Assembly (NCBI GenBank): GCA_964016885.1 | Contig: OZ024745.1 | Coordinates: 119,970,001-120,034,000 of the forward strand | Direction: 5' to 3' | DNA: 64,000 nucleotides | Source of the DNA: Eledone cirrhosa | Taxonomy: Eukaryota | Shown: positions 10,292 to 24,790 of the stretch, piece after piece | Position numbering within the stretch: position 1 is the first letter of the stretch | Layout: each line of letters opens with the position of its first letter | Translations under genes and position numbers: made by a program | Notes under the pieces: model-generated | What the model was told of the DNA's origin: nothing | Databases searched by the model: none | What the model saw: the letters and a program-made list of their open reading frames with translations, nothing else

Positions 10292-11321
10292 TGTAGTAGT
10301 AGTAGTAGTAGTAGTAGTAACAGCAGCAGCAACAGTATCAGCAGCAGAATCCGCAGCAGCCACAGCTGTAGCAGCAGTAGCAAGAGCAACATTTTCATAT
10401 TAACCGAAACCATTACTAAGGTTGTAATTATTTGAATAGTGATGACAATAGCAAACTACATTCAGAACACTTATGTTAATGATGTTCATAATATTTGGAA
10501 AATGATTTAGCCAAAGTGTGAGTCAAAGGTACATATAAGTAAATAGCCATACGATCTCAATTTCTTTCACTAGAGACAAGATTATTTGATAAGTGACTCT
10601 AAATAGTGAAAGAGACACAATTATTGACAGGAAAACCATTAGTATTTAACGACTCTTTAGAACAAAGTTTAAATTGAAATTCTTCACTGATTCTGTTTCA
10701 TTTCTGATCTAATAACACGATATTGGACGTCAGTGAAAAATCACAAATCTATTGAAATATAATTAGACATAAACGTAATTATAGATTTCTTTGGATAAGA
10801 AAAATGTCTCCTTTTGCAGATGATAAGAGTTAATAGGTTTGGCGTAGCGCATCATTTATTGTTTTTCGTGCCTTTATGTGGACGGGAACATGAATTATTA
10901 TTCTTTACTAAGACATTAATCTCATGGAAATTATTGGTTTTCATAGGATGCAAGCTTTTTTCTATGGGAGTAACTGTGAGCAGAGGAGGGTTAATATATA
11001 TTGATGAACCCAGTTCACAGAAGAACATAGCAAACAAAATAGCGATAAGTGTGTGATCCACTATTGCTAGAAATGAAAATTATTACTTATATAAACATTA
11101 ACTTCAGTAATCCGAAAAAAGACACAAAAAAGCAAATGGATGATATGAGGTTACATATCACATTTGCATCACGCTTAAAACACGCACACATACACAGATA
11201 CGCATAAACATACACGTACAAACACTGACATACGCATATATAATACAATACACATTTATCTCGTTTCTGCCACTATCCATTCGCTCTATCTTTCTATTAC
11301 ATCTTCAATTTCTCATTCTAT

Positions 11322-11356
11322 TTTCTGATGAAGGACTAGCGTCCGAAACATTAAAA
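11322..11356 (+). ncRNA. Minimal hammerhead motif (degenerate)
   Basis: TTT-CTGATGA-A-GGAC TAGC GTCC-GAAA-CAT-TA-AAA. Confidence 0.5.
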
Positions 11357-11419
11357 CTATTTTTCTACTATATCATGTGGAAAACTAATAATATTGCTTT
11401 GTTAATTCTGTTTGCTTTT

Positions 11420-11462
<43 letters not shown>

Positions 11463-12069
11463 GTGTGTGTATGTGTATGTGTATGTGTGTGTGTGTGTGT
11501 ATGTATGTATATATATGTCGGTCACTCTTGAGTGCTACTGGTAACAAGTAACCCAGTACAACCTGTCGCATGGTCGAGTCGTTGGCGACTAAACCGGCAA
11601 CCCCACCAAGTTTACTTGGTGAGGAGGGTGACTTTGCCGTCCTTTCTCATTAGACTCTACCAAGTTCAATGTTGTGCAAGGGTGTTCCATCAGGAGGAAT
11701 ATCAGGAGGTGTTGCGTAGTCTGTGATTGCTTGCTTGCTTGTCTGTAATGTAATATAGCCAAAAGGGCGCATAATGGGAAAATACTTTGAAATGGGAATA
11801 CAAATGGAATAAATCGGACCACCGTTTCCCGAGATATGTAGTTTTTCCGGGTAACTTCATAAACAGATAGAGAGAGAGAGAAAGAGAGACATAGAGAGAG
11901 GGAGTGGAATCAGAGAAGGAGAATGGAAGAGAGGGAGAGAGAGAGAGAGAGCTGATGGTGTTGTTGTATATATATGTATATATGTGAGTGTGTGTGTATA
12001 TATATGTGTATATATATGTGTATGTGTGTGTTTATGACCAGTGTATAAAGACCACAGACACCCACAAAT

Positions 12070-12126
<57 letters not shown>

Positions 12127-12879
12127 CATACATATACATACACACACGTATATATATGGGCCTTCTAGTTTCATTTCAAATTATATACATGTCTGTGTAT
12201 ATTTTAATTATTTAATAATTATTTTTAAGTAAACATAATTTTTTTTTAATATTTTTAAGGTGGTCTAGTAATTGTTATATTTTTATATGCAATCTAATGA
12301 TAGGAGCTAGGATAAGTGACTAGAAAAAGGGACATGGAAGCAGCTTATATTACACAAAAGTATGGACCCACAATTGTGGATCTCTTAAACTGGGAAAAAT
12401 AAAATGCTGGGATGATTTTTGACGAGATAGTCGAACCCAAGAAAGCAGTTCTGGGATTCATAATGGAGTAATAAGACAAGCTTCGTCTGTCAGTTTGAAT
12501 TCATTATCGATATTTAATTGTATCTATGTGAAAAGAAATATATACTATTATATTTCCTTTATCTACGTATCGTAAATTCACACAAATTTGTAGGAAAATA
12601 CTTTTACAGCAGATTCGTATCTTAACTAAAAATATAATTTCTGTCAATTGTTTAAAGCTATGAAATACTGAATTTTATTAAACCATAGGAAATCTCTCAG
12701 AGTGTATGAAAAGATAACGCTGTGTGTGCTATGCATTATCTGTTTATATCATATCTAGTGGGCCGATTAGGGACCGATATATAGGCCTTCTTTCATTATT
12801 AACAAGACGGCTATCCACTGTTGCTTGGTAAATAAAGGACTGTTTCTTAATTCGGTGAATAATTATCATAGTTATTCAA

Positions 12880-13258
12880 CAAGAAGAAACCAGACTACAG
12901 CTATGGACTAGAAAGCTAGAGAATGACTCCCCTCCTATTGACATGGGAATCCCCCCTTCTGAAGCCCTCCCTCCTGGCTCAGAAGCACCATGGGTCCAGG
13001 GAAGACACTCAACCACCTGAGAAGAGGAATGGGGCGATCAAAAGCTGCTATGGCCAGATGGGGCTACAAGACCGACCCAACCATCTACGAATGCGGAGAG
13101 GAGGACCATACGATGCAGTACTGCCTTGTTTGCCCTCTATTACCCAACCAGTGCAGCTTAAAAGATCTCGCAGTATTTAATAATAATGCAAAGGACTGTC
13201 TAAAGAAATGGGAAACTGTCATGTAACCACATGCTTCGAAGATACGAAAAGAAGAACA
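12880..13258 (+). mobile_element. LINE 3' fragment, Ingi/Vingi-like
   Basis: KTLNHLRRGMGRS..WGY..ECGEEDHTMQYCLVCP resembles the C-terminal CCHC region of Ingi/Vingi ORFs. Short 3'UTR ending in GAA repeats. Confidence 0.55.
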
Positions 13259-13715
13259 TAAAATTATTATTTTCTTTTCGTTCATAAAATTTTACTTGCA
13301 TTTCAATAATTTATTATAAAAAGAAAAAATACACATATACATAAACATGCATTCATAAATAAAAAATCTAATATATATTTGTGAAATGGGTGATGGTTGA
13401 AATTCAGTTGTGCACGGTTAAATGGTAGTAGACGTGGTCGGACGGACATGAACATTTACACACCTATGTAAAAAGAAGCAAGGAAGCAAATAGACGAGGC
13501 TTCAAATCTCTAACTTGAAAAATGTGGTCCCTAGGGCTCCCAAACGGTCTATTTACTATCGCTTCAGGTGAGTTATTTCCCCCTGTTCTAATACTTGGAT
13601 GAGTTATTTTCCGTAGTCGCTTTCAATATTCATTGTCTTATTTACAATTTCATACAAATTTTTAAACTCATCAATTTTTTCATAACATATCAAACACAAC
13701 GTTCTTTCGGTGTTT

Positions 13716-14362
13716 TTGAAAAATATTATTGAAAGTTTATTATAAAGAAGCAGTTTCAGGAAAAAAAATAGAACTATGCACTTGTGGCTGGACGGCGTTC
13801 AATGAGAAGTGGAGCGACGTGAAAAGCGTTGTTTATTAACAGCGAAATAGCAATGTCGATGATATGCAAGTTTGAAAATGCAGATTATGAAGGTTTGTTT
13901 GATAGTTTACACTTTGATTGCCCTGGTCAGCAAGAGGGGCCTCTATATATTAGACGTTAACGATCATACAGTACCGTTTTATGAAATCGATTCTGCAGTA
14001 AGATTTTACGAAAGGCCAAACCGAAAAAGGTCACTGTTTTCTAACAAAAGAAATAAAACCCTTACATTGCGAACCCCCTGTTCTAATACTGGGGTTAGTT
14101 ATTTCCCCCTCTTCTAATAAACGTCTAATATATAGAGGCCCCTCTTGCTGACCAGGGCAATCAAAGTGTAAACTATCAAACAAACCTTCATAATCTGCAT
14201 TTTCAAACTTGCATATCATCGACATTGCTATTTCGCTGTTAATAAACAACGCTTTTCACGTCGCTCCACTTCTCATTGTACGCCGTCCAGCCCCAAGTGC
14301 ATAGTTCTATTTTTTTTCCTGAAACTGCTTCTTTATAATAAACTTTCAATAATATTTTTCAA
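13716..14362. repeat. Long inverted repeat (arms about 243 bp, spacer about 160 bp)
   Basis: 13716-13958 is a near-perfect reverse complement of 14120-14362. Confidence 0.93.
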
Positions 14363-14414
14363 ATTATTAACTTAATAAAAAGTGGCCCCGGATGCAACCG
14401 GGCTCAGCTGCTAG
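14124..14414 (+). mobile_element. Non-autonomous Helitron-like element
   Basis: TC-TAATATATA 5'-like start, subterminal hairpin CCCGG-ATGCAA-CCGGG (14387-14402), then CTAG (14411-14414) followed by T. Confidence 0.6.
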
Positions 14415-14623
14415 TAAATATATATTTGTGAATATGTGTTTGTGTGCAGGAGTAGTAGCTGTTTATATAATTATGTGTCTGTTTGTGGATGCATATATGT
14501 ATATATAGACTCGCATATCATTCTATAGGATTCGATTACCAGATTAGATTGTGGGTAAATATTGAACGCGAACAGTAAAGATATACTCACTCATACACAC
14601 ATACACTCGCCACCCCCATATAT

Positions 14624-14800
14624 AATTGTTTCTACTTTTGGCACAAGGCCAGCAATTACCCAGTACATTACTGGTACTTTATTTTATCGACCACGTAAGG
14701 ATGAAAGGCCCATTTAACCTCGGCGAGATTTGAATTCAGATCATAAAGGGACGTAACTCTATGCTTCAAAGCATGGCGTCTGACCCTCTACCGATAGTGC
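14624..14800 (-). mobile_element. SINE family A
   Basis: Reverse complement of the 10089-10275 consensus. Confidence 0.88.
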
Positions 14801-15316
14801 ATATATAATGATGTGGCAGATATGCAACGAAAGAAATTTGTTAGACTATATATATGTGTTTATATCTATATTATATCTGTATTTTTGACCGTTGGTCAGT
14901 TAATGGTAAACATTGAGGACCGAATAAATTAACTGATATAAAAGATACAGAAGCGAAAACCAACCAGACAGTGAGTGTGTTCTGTTATTAATTCTGGCAA
15001 TATTATTACAACAATATGACCCTCCCCATGTATAACAATATTTGTTTCGACACACGATTTCATGTCAAAACCCTCGCAAAACAAATTCATCGCCGTCATA
15101 TATATATATATGATGTTTTTTGAAATATCCACTTCTGCGTTTACAGATTGACTTTGTTAGTTTCAGATGATCCCGTTAAGGGTGAAAGCAGCGATTCTTT
15201 GCTTAAACTTTAATCTGTTATTTTAATAAATACTTGCTCTACGGTTTTTATATATTTGAGATATATTTATCCTTATCGAGCCTTCTTTGGATTTTAGTCT
15301 TCAAATTTATTATTAT

Positions 15317-15351
<35 letters not shown>

Positions 15352-15441
15352 AATATATATATGTTTGTGTTAGTGTGTGTGTGAGTATGATTTGTATATT
15401 TATATCTATATATATATATATCTTTCTCTCTCTCTCTCTCT

Positions 15442-15478
<37 letters not shown>

Positions 15479-15823
15479 CCATATATGCATTCCGAATGGG
15501 GTCACATGCGTTTGAATGCTTATAAATGTATGTATATTTACTCGTTTTTTTAACGTTTACCGACAATTTAATCTATAAATGAATCAATCACAATCTCCTG
15601 TTTGCCACAAACCGTGAGTAATATACCTGATTTTATTAAAAGGGATGTCTGAGCAGATGTTTCAGAAAGAAATATTACTGAAGCTTTAAGATAAATCTAG
15701 ATATTTATTTTTGAAGTTTAGATTTATTTGAAGTTCATAAGCGCATGTAGAAACACAAACCTATGTGGGTGTTTCTATGTGTGTGGGTGGTTGAATGTGT
15801 GTGTATGTGTGAATGTGTGTGCA

Positions 15824-15897
<74 letters not shown>

Positions 15898-16269
15898 TAT
15901 GTGTTTGTGTGTGCACGTATGTGTGCATACGAACTAAACACTCTGCAACAATGCACATATGTCTAATCACAGATTTTACCATCTAGATTGTAACCCATAC
16001 ACAATAAAAATGTAAGCTTCGACATGCAATAACTGTTTGATGTACTGAGAATAGGTTCATAGGTTCATTCTGTTCAAATACTGTTTTATCAACTAATAAT
16101 AAGATGACATAACAAAATTTATTATCTGATTTATCAAGTATATTTTTACGGGCAAATGTGTGATCAATGAAAGAAAGTGCTTGAATTGTTTCCTTTATTA
16201 CATGAAGCAGTATTTTGATACCATTTATTATAACGATGTCTATCACAATTAAAATGATAATTCTATTTT

Positions 16270-16452
16270 ATTGGCAGTATCGGTAGAGGGTCGGACGCCA
16301 TGCTTTACAGAATAGAGTTATGACATTTTACTCTTTGAGTTCACATTTCACCCAGGTTAACTTTGCCTCTCATCCTTACGAGTTCGATAAAATAAAGTAC
16401 CACTAATGCACTGAGATAATTGCTGGCTTTGTGCCAAAAGTAGAAACAACAA
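16270..16452 (+). mobile_element. SINE family A
   Basis: Matches the consensus from TTGGCAGTATCGG to GTAGAAAC. Confidence 0.88.
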
Positions 16453-17122
16453 TTTTACTCCATCAAAAACTTGGATACATACACCTGTTCAATGTATACT
16501 TGGTACCAAAGTTGAGTTATATTCATTCCTTTATTTAAGAACCAATTACATTTCTCAGATATTTTGTCTCGATATACTTAAATAATTATTTTGTTATATT
16601 TAAATTAATTATATCTTATTTATCTTTAGAATAACATTATCTAAATACATCTATATATAAATTTCTGCGACTCTGTCACAACACATAAAGAGAGAGGAGT
16701 AGTTTGACTACCTCACACTACTCCTCTCTCTTTACGTCTGCTGCCTGCATGAATATATGTGGGTCTAAAAAGAAGGCAGGAGGTGGTGAAAAAACTATAG
16801 CAATACAGCGGCTGGCGTCCCCTTTTGTTATGGTGTGTACGTGTGTATCATTTTGTGTGCATGTGTTTGTATGTGTGAATGTATGTGTGAGTGTGTATTT
16901 TTGTAAGTGTGTCTGTGTTTACGCGTTTATATTTATATATTCATACAGATACACACATATACACATACGCGTTAGCGTGTTGAAAAAACTCCTAGTTTAT
17001 TGAAAGGAAGAATTGCTGCTTGAAAGAAATACCTTCTGCCGTTTATTTGGATAAATGCTTTTGTGTTAGAAAAGATAGAAATAAACACACCAGGCGTATT
17101 ATTATATTATATGTTTATATAA

Positions 17123-17280
17123 GGGCAGTGGATTGGCAGTATCGGTAGAACGTCAGGCACCATGCTTTGCAACATAGAGTTATGTCCCTTTACAATCTGA
17201 GTTCAAATCCTGCCAAGGTTAGCTTTGCCTTTCATACTTACGAGATCGATAAAATAGAATACCATCAAGGCACCAGGGTT
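17123..17280 (+). mobile_element. SINE family A (3' end lost)
   Basis: Head, B box and core present. Confidence 0.8.
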
Positions 17281-17428
17281 TATTTAAAAGGGATGTCTCT
17301 GACGAGGGTATAAAAATAGTCGGGCCCCGTCACTTTGATTGTACTCTGAGCTGATCGATATCGAAGCAATTGTAATATGCAACAAATATAGTTTTTACGT
17401 ATGCTGCAACACTGACTTCGACTCGTTT

Positions 17429-17472
<44 letters not shown>

Positions 17473-18139
17473 ACATACACACACCCATACAGACACACAC
17501 ACACACGCAGCCGTTACCATATATATATATATAAGCTTTAAAATCAAAACAACAAGACCAGCTGTTCCATCTTCAAGTATTTTCAAGTGTAATCATTGTT
17601 GTTTTTTTTTTGTTTTTGTTTTGTTCCTTTGTAGTTTGGTGAATTAGTATACAAATGTGTTGTCATCTGGTGGAAGGGAGGAGAAATTAGCTCACTTTAG
17701 ATCTATAGAAATATATTCTGGCAGCCCACTGATGCATGAATTATGAAGTAGGCAATGTTTGTTGGTGGTAACGTTCTAATAATTTTGTATTGGCGAATTA
17801 TAAATTTAACCTTAAAACACGGTCTCAAATATTCGACCTTCACACGAGTATATAGGGTAATATATATATATGTATATATGTGTGTGTGTGTGTGTGTGCG
17901 TGTGTGTGTGTGTGTGTGTGTATGCGTGTGTGTGTGTGTGTGTGTGTGTATGTGATTGCATGAATGCCTTTGTGATTGTGAAGTTTGCTTTGTATTTTGG
18001 TGGCTGAGGTTTAGATACAGCTGATCAGAACATTGGGCAAGTTTATTCTGCCATAGCCTGTGTTGAAATAAAATCGTTTGTGTATATTTTGTTCGACGTA
18101 ATGTATGTATGCATGTGTATGTATGCATGTGTATGTATG

Positions 18140-18575
18140 CATGTATCTAGCATACGAGAAAGTAAAAAGGGATGTCAGGACACGCATTGTTGTTACATTT
18201 CCAGACAGCGAACATCCTCCTGGGGTACTGACATGCAGCGTCTGTGCCAGACTCTATCTCAGCAAAGCTGGACTCAAAAGTCAACTTCGCAGTCATAAAA
18301 TGAGACCAATGTTTGACTACCAGACTGCTGTCGAAGATGCTACTCCTCATATCTGTCAGGCATGTGGAAAAGAGTGTAGATGAGCAGGAGGGCTCAAACG
18401 ACATCCAAAATTACATGAAGACGAACCACAGCCAGCTATTACCAGTGAATGTTTTTATCATGGTTGGGCTAAAAAGCCACATTCGATCGCAACACCGTTA
18501 ATTATTAATATAAATGTTGTTTGTTTTCTATCGTGAAACGGCCATATTCCATAACAACGAGGGTGCTGCCATCAT
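18140..18575 (+). mobile_element. RTE-like LINE 3' end with C2H2 zinc-finger remnants
   Basis: CSVCARLYLSKAGLKSQLRSH and CQACGKEC motifs, a short 3'UTR and a tandem-repeat tail. Confidence 0.5.
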
Positions 18576-18727
18576 GTATGTATGTACGGATGGATATATT
18601 ACATGATGGAGCATAATTATTTCCCTATTTACTATTTAGAAAGAAATATTATAATTCAGCAGTAATTCTAACATGTAACACAACCTTATCAATGTTGATA
18701 AATTTCCTATAATTTTGGAATAAGTTG

Positions 18728-18920
18728 ATAATTGTTTCTACTTTTGGCACAAGGCCAGCAATTACGCAGTGTATTACTGGTACTTTATTTCATCGACCCC
18801 GTAAGGATGAAAGGCAAAGTTAACCTCGGCGGGATTTGAACTCAGAATGGCAAGGGCCGTAACTCTATGCGTGAAAGCATGGGGTCCGACCCTCTACCGA
18901 TACTGCCAATTCACCGCCCT
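18728..18920 (-). mobile_element. SINE family A
   Basis: Full reverse-complement match. Confidence 0.9.
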
Positions 18921-18995
18921 TGGAATAAGTTGATATCATTACGAAATGTTTCATATGGTTTAACGGTAAGTTAGCAAGCTAATTATACCACCATC

Positions 18996-20206
<1,211 letters not shown>

Positions 20207-20353
20207 CAGGGAGATAACGTGAAGTTACTGTAGGTTCACCCAGAGGAGCACTCGATGTTTAGGTGCACGTCAGTATCGAGGTGTAGAGCTAAACAGAGTG
20301 TAATATAATGAAACAAGGACGCTTTGTTGAGCCTTCATTACGTTCATTGATTG

Positions 20354-20436
20354 GTGACGCACGTTTCGCTATTGATCAACTCAAGGTTCGATATGTATCG
20401 ATCTGGCGCGACTCTGGAATCAAAGCTCGTCGGACT
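20354..20436 (-). ncRNA. Degenerate hammerhead motif
   Basis: Minus strand reads CCGACGA (one core change)-GCTTTGAT...ATCAATAGC-GAAAC GTGC GTC. Confidence 0.45.
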
Positions 20437-20478
20437 TCTGCTTTTGATTTCAGCGTCGGAACACACACATACACACGA

Positions 20479-20592
<114 letters not shown>

Positions 20593-20596
20593 ATCT

Positions 20597-21303
20597 ATAT
20601 TATTGGCATCCGTCGGTCTCGAAAGACAATGGACCTGCGCCTGCCGACTTATGTGTCAGCTACTGATGGCAGTGCAGTGTCTGCAGTCACTGTAGAGGCC
20701 CACACTGGAGTGGCAGTTCTGTATACAGAGAGTGCATTTGAAGGAGCCGTCCTCAGGTGCTACTGCGTTGTCCTTTTTTCGAGCATTCTTTTCCCCAGAT
20801 TCAAGTTTCAGATGCTCCCGCTCCGCTCCAGTACACGTGTCAATTATGGGCGATCATTAGCGACCTCCTCCTATTTCTGGGTGTCAAAAAATCATTTGAC
20901 TTCATCTCCCTCCTATGTCTTTGAAACGGAGATGAGATGCTGCTCGTGTTTTTGTGCCGGTGGCCAGTTCCCATACGGTAGGTCTTTCGGTATCCTCGCA
21001 TCCGGCATACAATATATGTGACCGAGCCGGCGTATACGACGCTGCTTGAGAAGTGTGTATATGCCGGTTATCTTGGTGCGGTTGAGCACTTCAGTGTTGG
21101 TGACCCGGTCAGCCCACTTGATATCCAGAATGCGTCCCAGGCTACGTAGGTGGAGGACACTGGGACGTTGCTCCTGTCTGGAGTAGAAGTGCCATGTCTC
21201 ACTACAGTAAATTACTGTGCTGAGGACACACGCCTTGTAGACAGTAATCTTGGTGTTTGTAGTTAAGTTTCTGTTTTCTCTGACTTTCTTCGTTAGCCTG
21301 GCA
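20597..21303 (-). mobile_element. RTE-clade LINE 3' fragment
   Basis: TKITVYKACVLSTVIYCSETW...RILDIKWADRVTNTEVL...GHIYCMPDARIPKDLPYG is the typical RTE post-RT region. Confidence 0.85.
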
Positions 21304-21422
21304 ATAAATGAAAGTATGGAAATAATAAAACTATATTCTATTTGCAATCTCCGTGGGGATGCACTCTCTCCGCTTTTAAAACATTCATCATCATCAATGA
21401 ACGATGGCATATTTGTGCATTA

Positions 21423-21612
21423 CGGTGGGTTGGCAGAGTCGGTAGAGGGTCGGACGCCCTGCTTTGCAGTATAGAGTTGCGTCCTTTTATGTTCCAAGTC
21501 AAATCCCGCCGGCCGAGGTTAACTTTGCCTTTCTTCCTTATGGGGTCGATAAAATAAAGTACCAGTAATGGGATAATTGCTGGCCTTGTGCCAAAAGTAA
21601 AAACAATTATTA
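21423..21612 (+). mobile_element. SINE family A
   Basis: Full match to the consensus. Confidence 0.88.
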
Positions 21613-21796
21613 CTTGATGTTGGAAGCCATGCATTCATGAATTTACTAAATATTGTGCATGGGCATGTGTGCTTGTGTGAATGTGAACATGTATATTTAG
21701 CTCAATATGTATTTGTTCATGTATATATGTGTTTACGTGTGAGTGAGTATGCGTGTGTGCGTGCGTGTGTGGGTGGGTGTGTGTATGTGTGTGTGT

Positions 21797-21860
<64 letters not shown>

Positions 21861-22679
21861 TCACGTGTGTCTGTTTGTGTAATGTATGCATTCGTTTTAA
21901 TATATTTGCTTCTATTTATTGTAATTTTGACATTCAGATTTATATAAATGCTGAAATATTCTTGATTTTCATGATTTTCTGACAAACCCGACTCTCTAGT
22001 TCTATTTTTCTTTCTCCCCAACTCTCCCTCTCTTTCCCCCTTCTCCCATCTCTCTTTCAATCACTTGCACATTTATACCTAAATATCTACTCCTCTCTTA
22101 TCTCCAAATACATGCTTTCCTTTATATATTTATCATTTCCTTTTATCCTCATTTAATCCTTTTTCTTCAAAAGAAAATATATACCCGTGCCTCGTCTTCT
22201 TCACTTATTCATTGAATTTATGTTTCTGATTCATTCTGTTTGGTTCTGTTTAAATACATCGTTTGATGTTATTTATTATTCAGTTATTTATATGAAGTTA
22301 ATCAGATATTTGTTAGTACTTGAAATTGAATTCAAAACAGAATTTAAAAAGTCATAGATGAAATTATCATTAATTCGGAGTAATTAATTAATTTGACAAA
22401 CAGTAGTAATGAAAAGAAGAAAAACTTACAGCTACAAAATTAATGACGAAATCAATTGAAACAATATCTAATCAATATTAACAGAAACAGAATCAAGCAA
22501 GTCGTTTTATTAATTGTACGAACGCCGAAAAGCAACTATAAGGAAGAAACCAAACGGAATTTTCTTGAAAGTATCCTGTTTCCAAATTCTAAGCTAAGAG
22601 AGCTTGATGAGATGAGCAGATAAAAATATACTGCCTCAGTGTGAGGGTGTCTGTGAAACATATTATACACCAGGTCCGA

Positions 22680-23090
22680 ACACAAACGAACCAAACTCCC
22701 ACCGACACTGCTTCTGTCTCTTCCGCGCTTTTCTTACCTCACTATTATGAGCAAATGGGGCACGCGCTGACTACCCCGTGGCCCCACGGCCCCGGCGGAC
22801 AGGAGAGAGAAGGCGTTTCCCGGAAGATGGGGAGGGAGACGCCCTGGTAGAGCTATTCCATGTCGTGAGGCTCACAACTCTGGGTAGCCAGCTCTATGCT
22901 GATAGTGTTGAGGGCCAAGGACACCAGAAGTCTCCAGCGCTACGGGCTCGACCGCAAATCTGTCGGAGAGCGACTAGTTTTGGAGAGTTTACCCTCTTCG
23001 GCCCGAAATGTAGCAGAGACTGGGTTAGTCGCAGACTGAACCAGGTTGCCGTCATAGGTAAACTGTATCCATAACAGCATATAGCCCTTC
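22680..23090 (-). mobile_element. CRE-like (restriction-like endonuclease) LINE fragment
   Basis: Reverse-complement similarity to 24300-24770. Confidence 0.65.
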
Positions 23091-24063
23091 AGAGGTAATC
23101 CTAGGCCCAGAAACCATCACCTTCTTTCCGTTCCCCTCGCTTTTTCCTTTCTCTGCCTCTCAATTATGGCATTTATAGTCCTTTCCTCTACTTTCCCATA
23201 TAGCCAGATCTGCCCTTCTTTACCCTTTCCCCTTTTTCTCATTACTTAATTTAGTTATCTTTCTTTTTCGTATTTATGTAATTATCAATGGTTTATAAGC
23301 GAACGTCGTAAGTGAAACACATATATTGAATATAAACATTTATTTTATTCCTTGATTAATTTTATTTTTGTAATGATGCGTTACGATGCTGGTACACTCC
23401 TGAAAAACACATATTAGTGGGGACAATCCTATGACACGCAAAATTAATTTATTTGTAGGCAAGAGATAAGGATTTTGTTATTGATTTTCTAAACAATACC
23501 CACAGGCAAACTTTACTTTATACGATGTCAACTCAGGAGAGAATACCACAGTACAGTGATCTACTACTTCGAAAAATATAGAAAAATAAAAATATTCGTT
23601 AGTGCAAATGTGTTTCTTCTTCTTCTTCTTCTTCTTCTTCTTCTTCTTCTTCTTTTCTTCATCATCATCATTATCATCATCATCATCATCACCATCTTCT
23701 CCCACATTCCTGTAAGGGTCGTGGGTTGCAGAGTCAACAAACACCCTTCCAGTGGGTCAAGTCCGAAGCAACTGTCTCCAACTCCCCCGGACAGATCCAC
23801 AAGCGAGACGAGCAGTGCTCATTTATGTTATCCAATCATATTGCTCGGAATAAACCTCTGGCTCTCCTGCCGGTTGGTTTGGCCCCTAAAATGTAAAGCA
23901 TAAAACACACTTAATAGATTAGAAGAAACAAGCCAATCATAGATTAAACTACTAGATCATCTGTGAGGTCATGTTAACTTTTGGATCATTCCACAATAAC
24001 AAGAAATAGTTTTATATTCATTCTGTTGCTGCCTTTACAAGAGCAGTGTGTTAGGCAGCTCTA

Positions 24064-24790
24064 TTCTCTAGTGATATGAGGTTACAGTCGCTGTGGATCC
24101 ACCGTGGACTCTCTCGGTCTCCACCCGCTTTCCTGTCGCCACAGGGCCGGCCTCCTTATACGCCATGCTGTCACCAACGAGGTCATAAAGCATGGCTTGG
24201 ACGCTGCAAGCTTCCCCTCCCAGCCCGAGCCGATGGGGCTGTACATAGAGGACGGTAAAAGGCTAGACAGTATGATCATCTTCCTGTTCCGCGGGGGCAA
24301 AACCATCGTCTGGGATGCCACTTGCAGCGACACTTTCTCCAGCCGCAACCTAGTGCAGCCTGCGACTAACCAAGGTTCTGCTGCACGTCGGGCTGAGAAG
24401 GCCAAATTCTCCAAGTACCGATCGCTCTCCGACAGGTTCGCGGTTGTTCTCTTGGCAGTGGAGACTTCTGGTGTCCTTGGCCCTAGGGCTACCTTCCTAC
24501 TCACTCCCTATTCACCACCATAGGCGCTGAGCTGGCCAGCCGCAGGTGTGAACCTCGCGAGTTGGAATGGCTCTTCCAGCACATCTCCCTCACCATTCTC
24601 CGGGGAAACGCCTTCTCCATTCTGTCCACCGGGGCTGTGGGGAGGCCAGCACGTGGGACCCCATTTGCTCACCATACGGAGAGATGGGGAGTGCGAGAGA
24701 GATGGAGGCGATGACAGTGGGAGTTCGGCTTTTCCACATTCTGGTTATATCCTTGTGTTTGTGTGTATCAAGCCCTAGTGCAGTAATGAA
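24064..24790 (+). mobile_element. CRE-like LINE 3' fragment with RLE endonuclease
   Basis: LSC..RH..EP.GL..DGKRLD..WDATCSDT..AVETSGVLG..QHISLTILRGNA matches the CRE-type PD-(D/E)xK domain pattern. Confidence 0.75.

Noticed and set aside
10852-11061. Short minus-strand ORF with a signal-peptide-like start
   Set aside because: It starts at GTG, has no recognisable homology and no supported exon structure.
17298-17335. CTGACGAGGG...CCCG motif
   Set aside because: No GAAA and no stems I/III.
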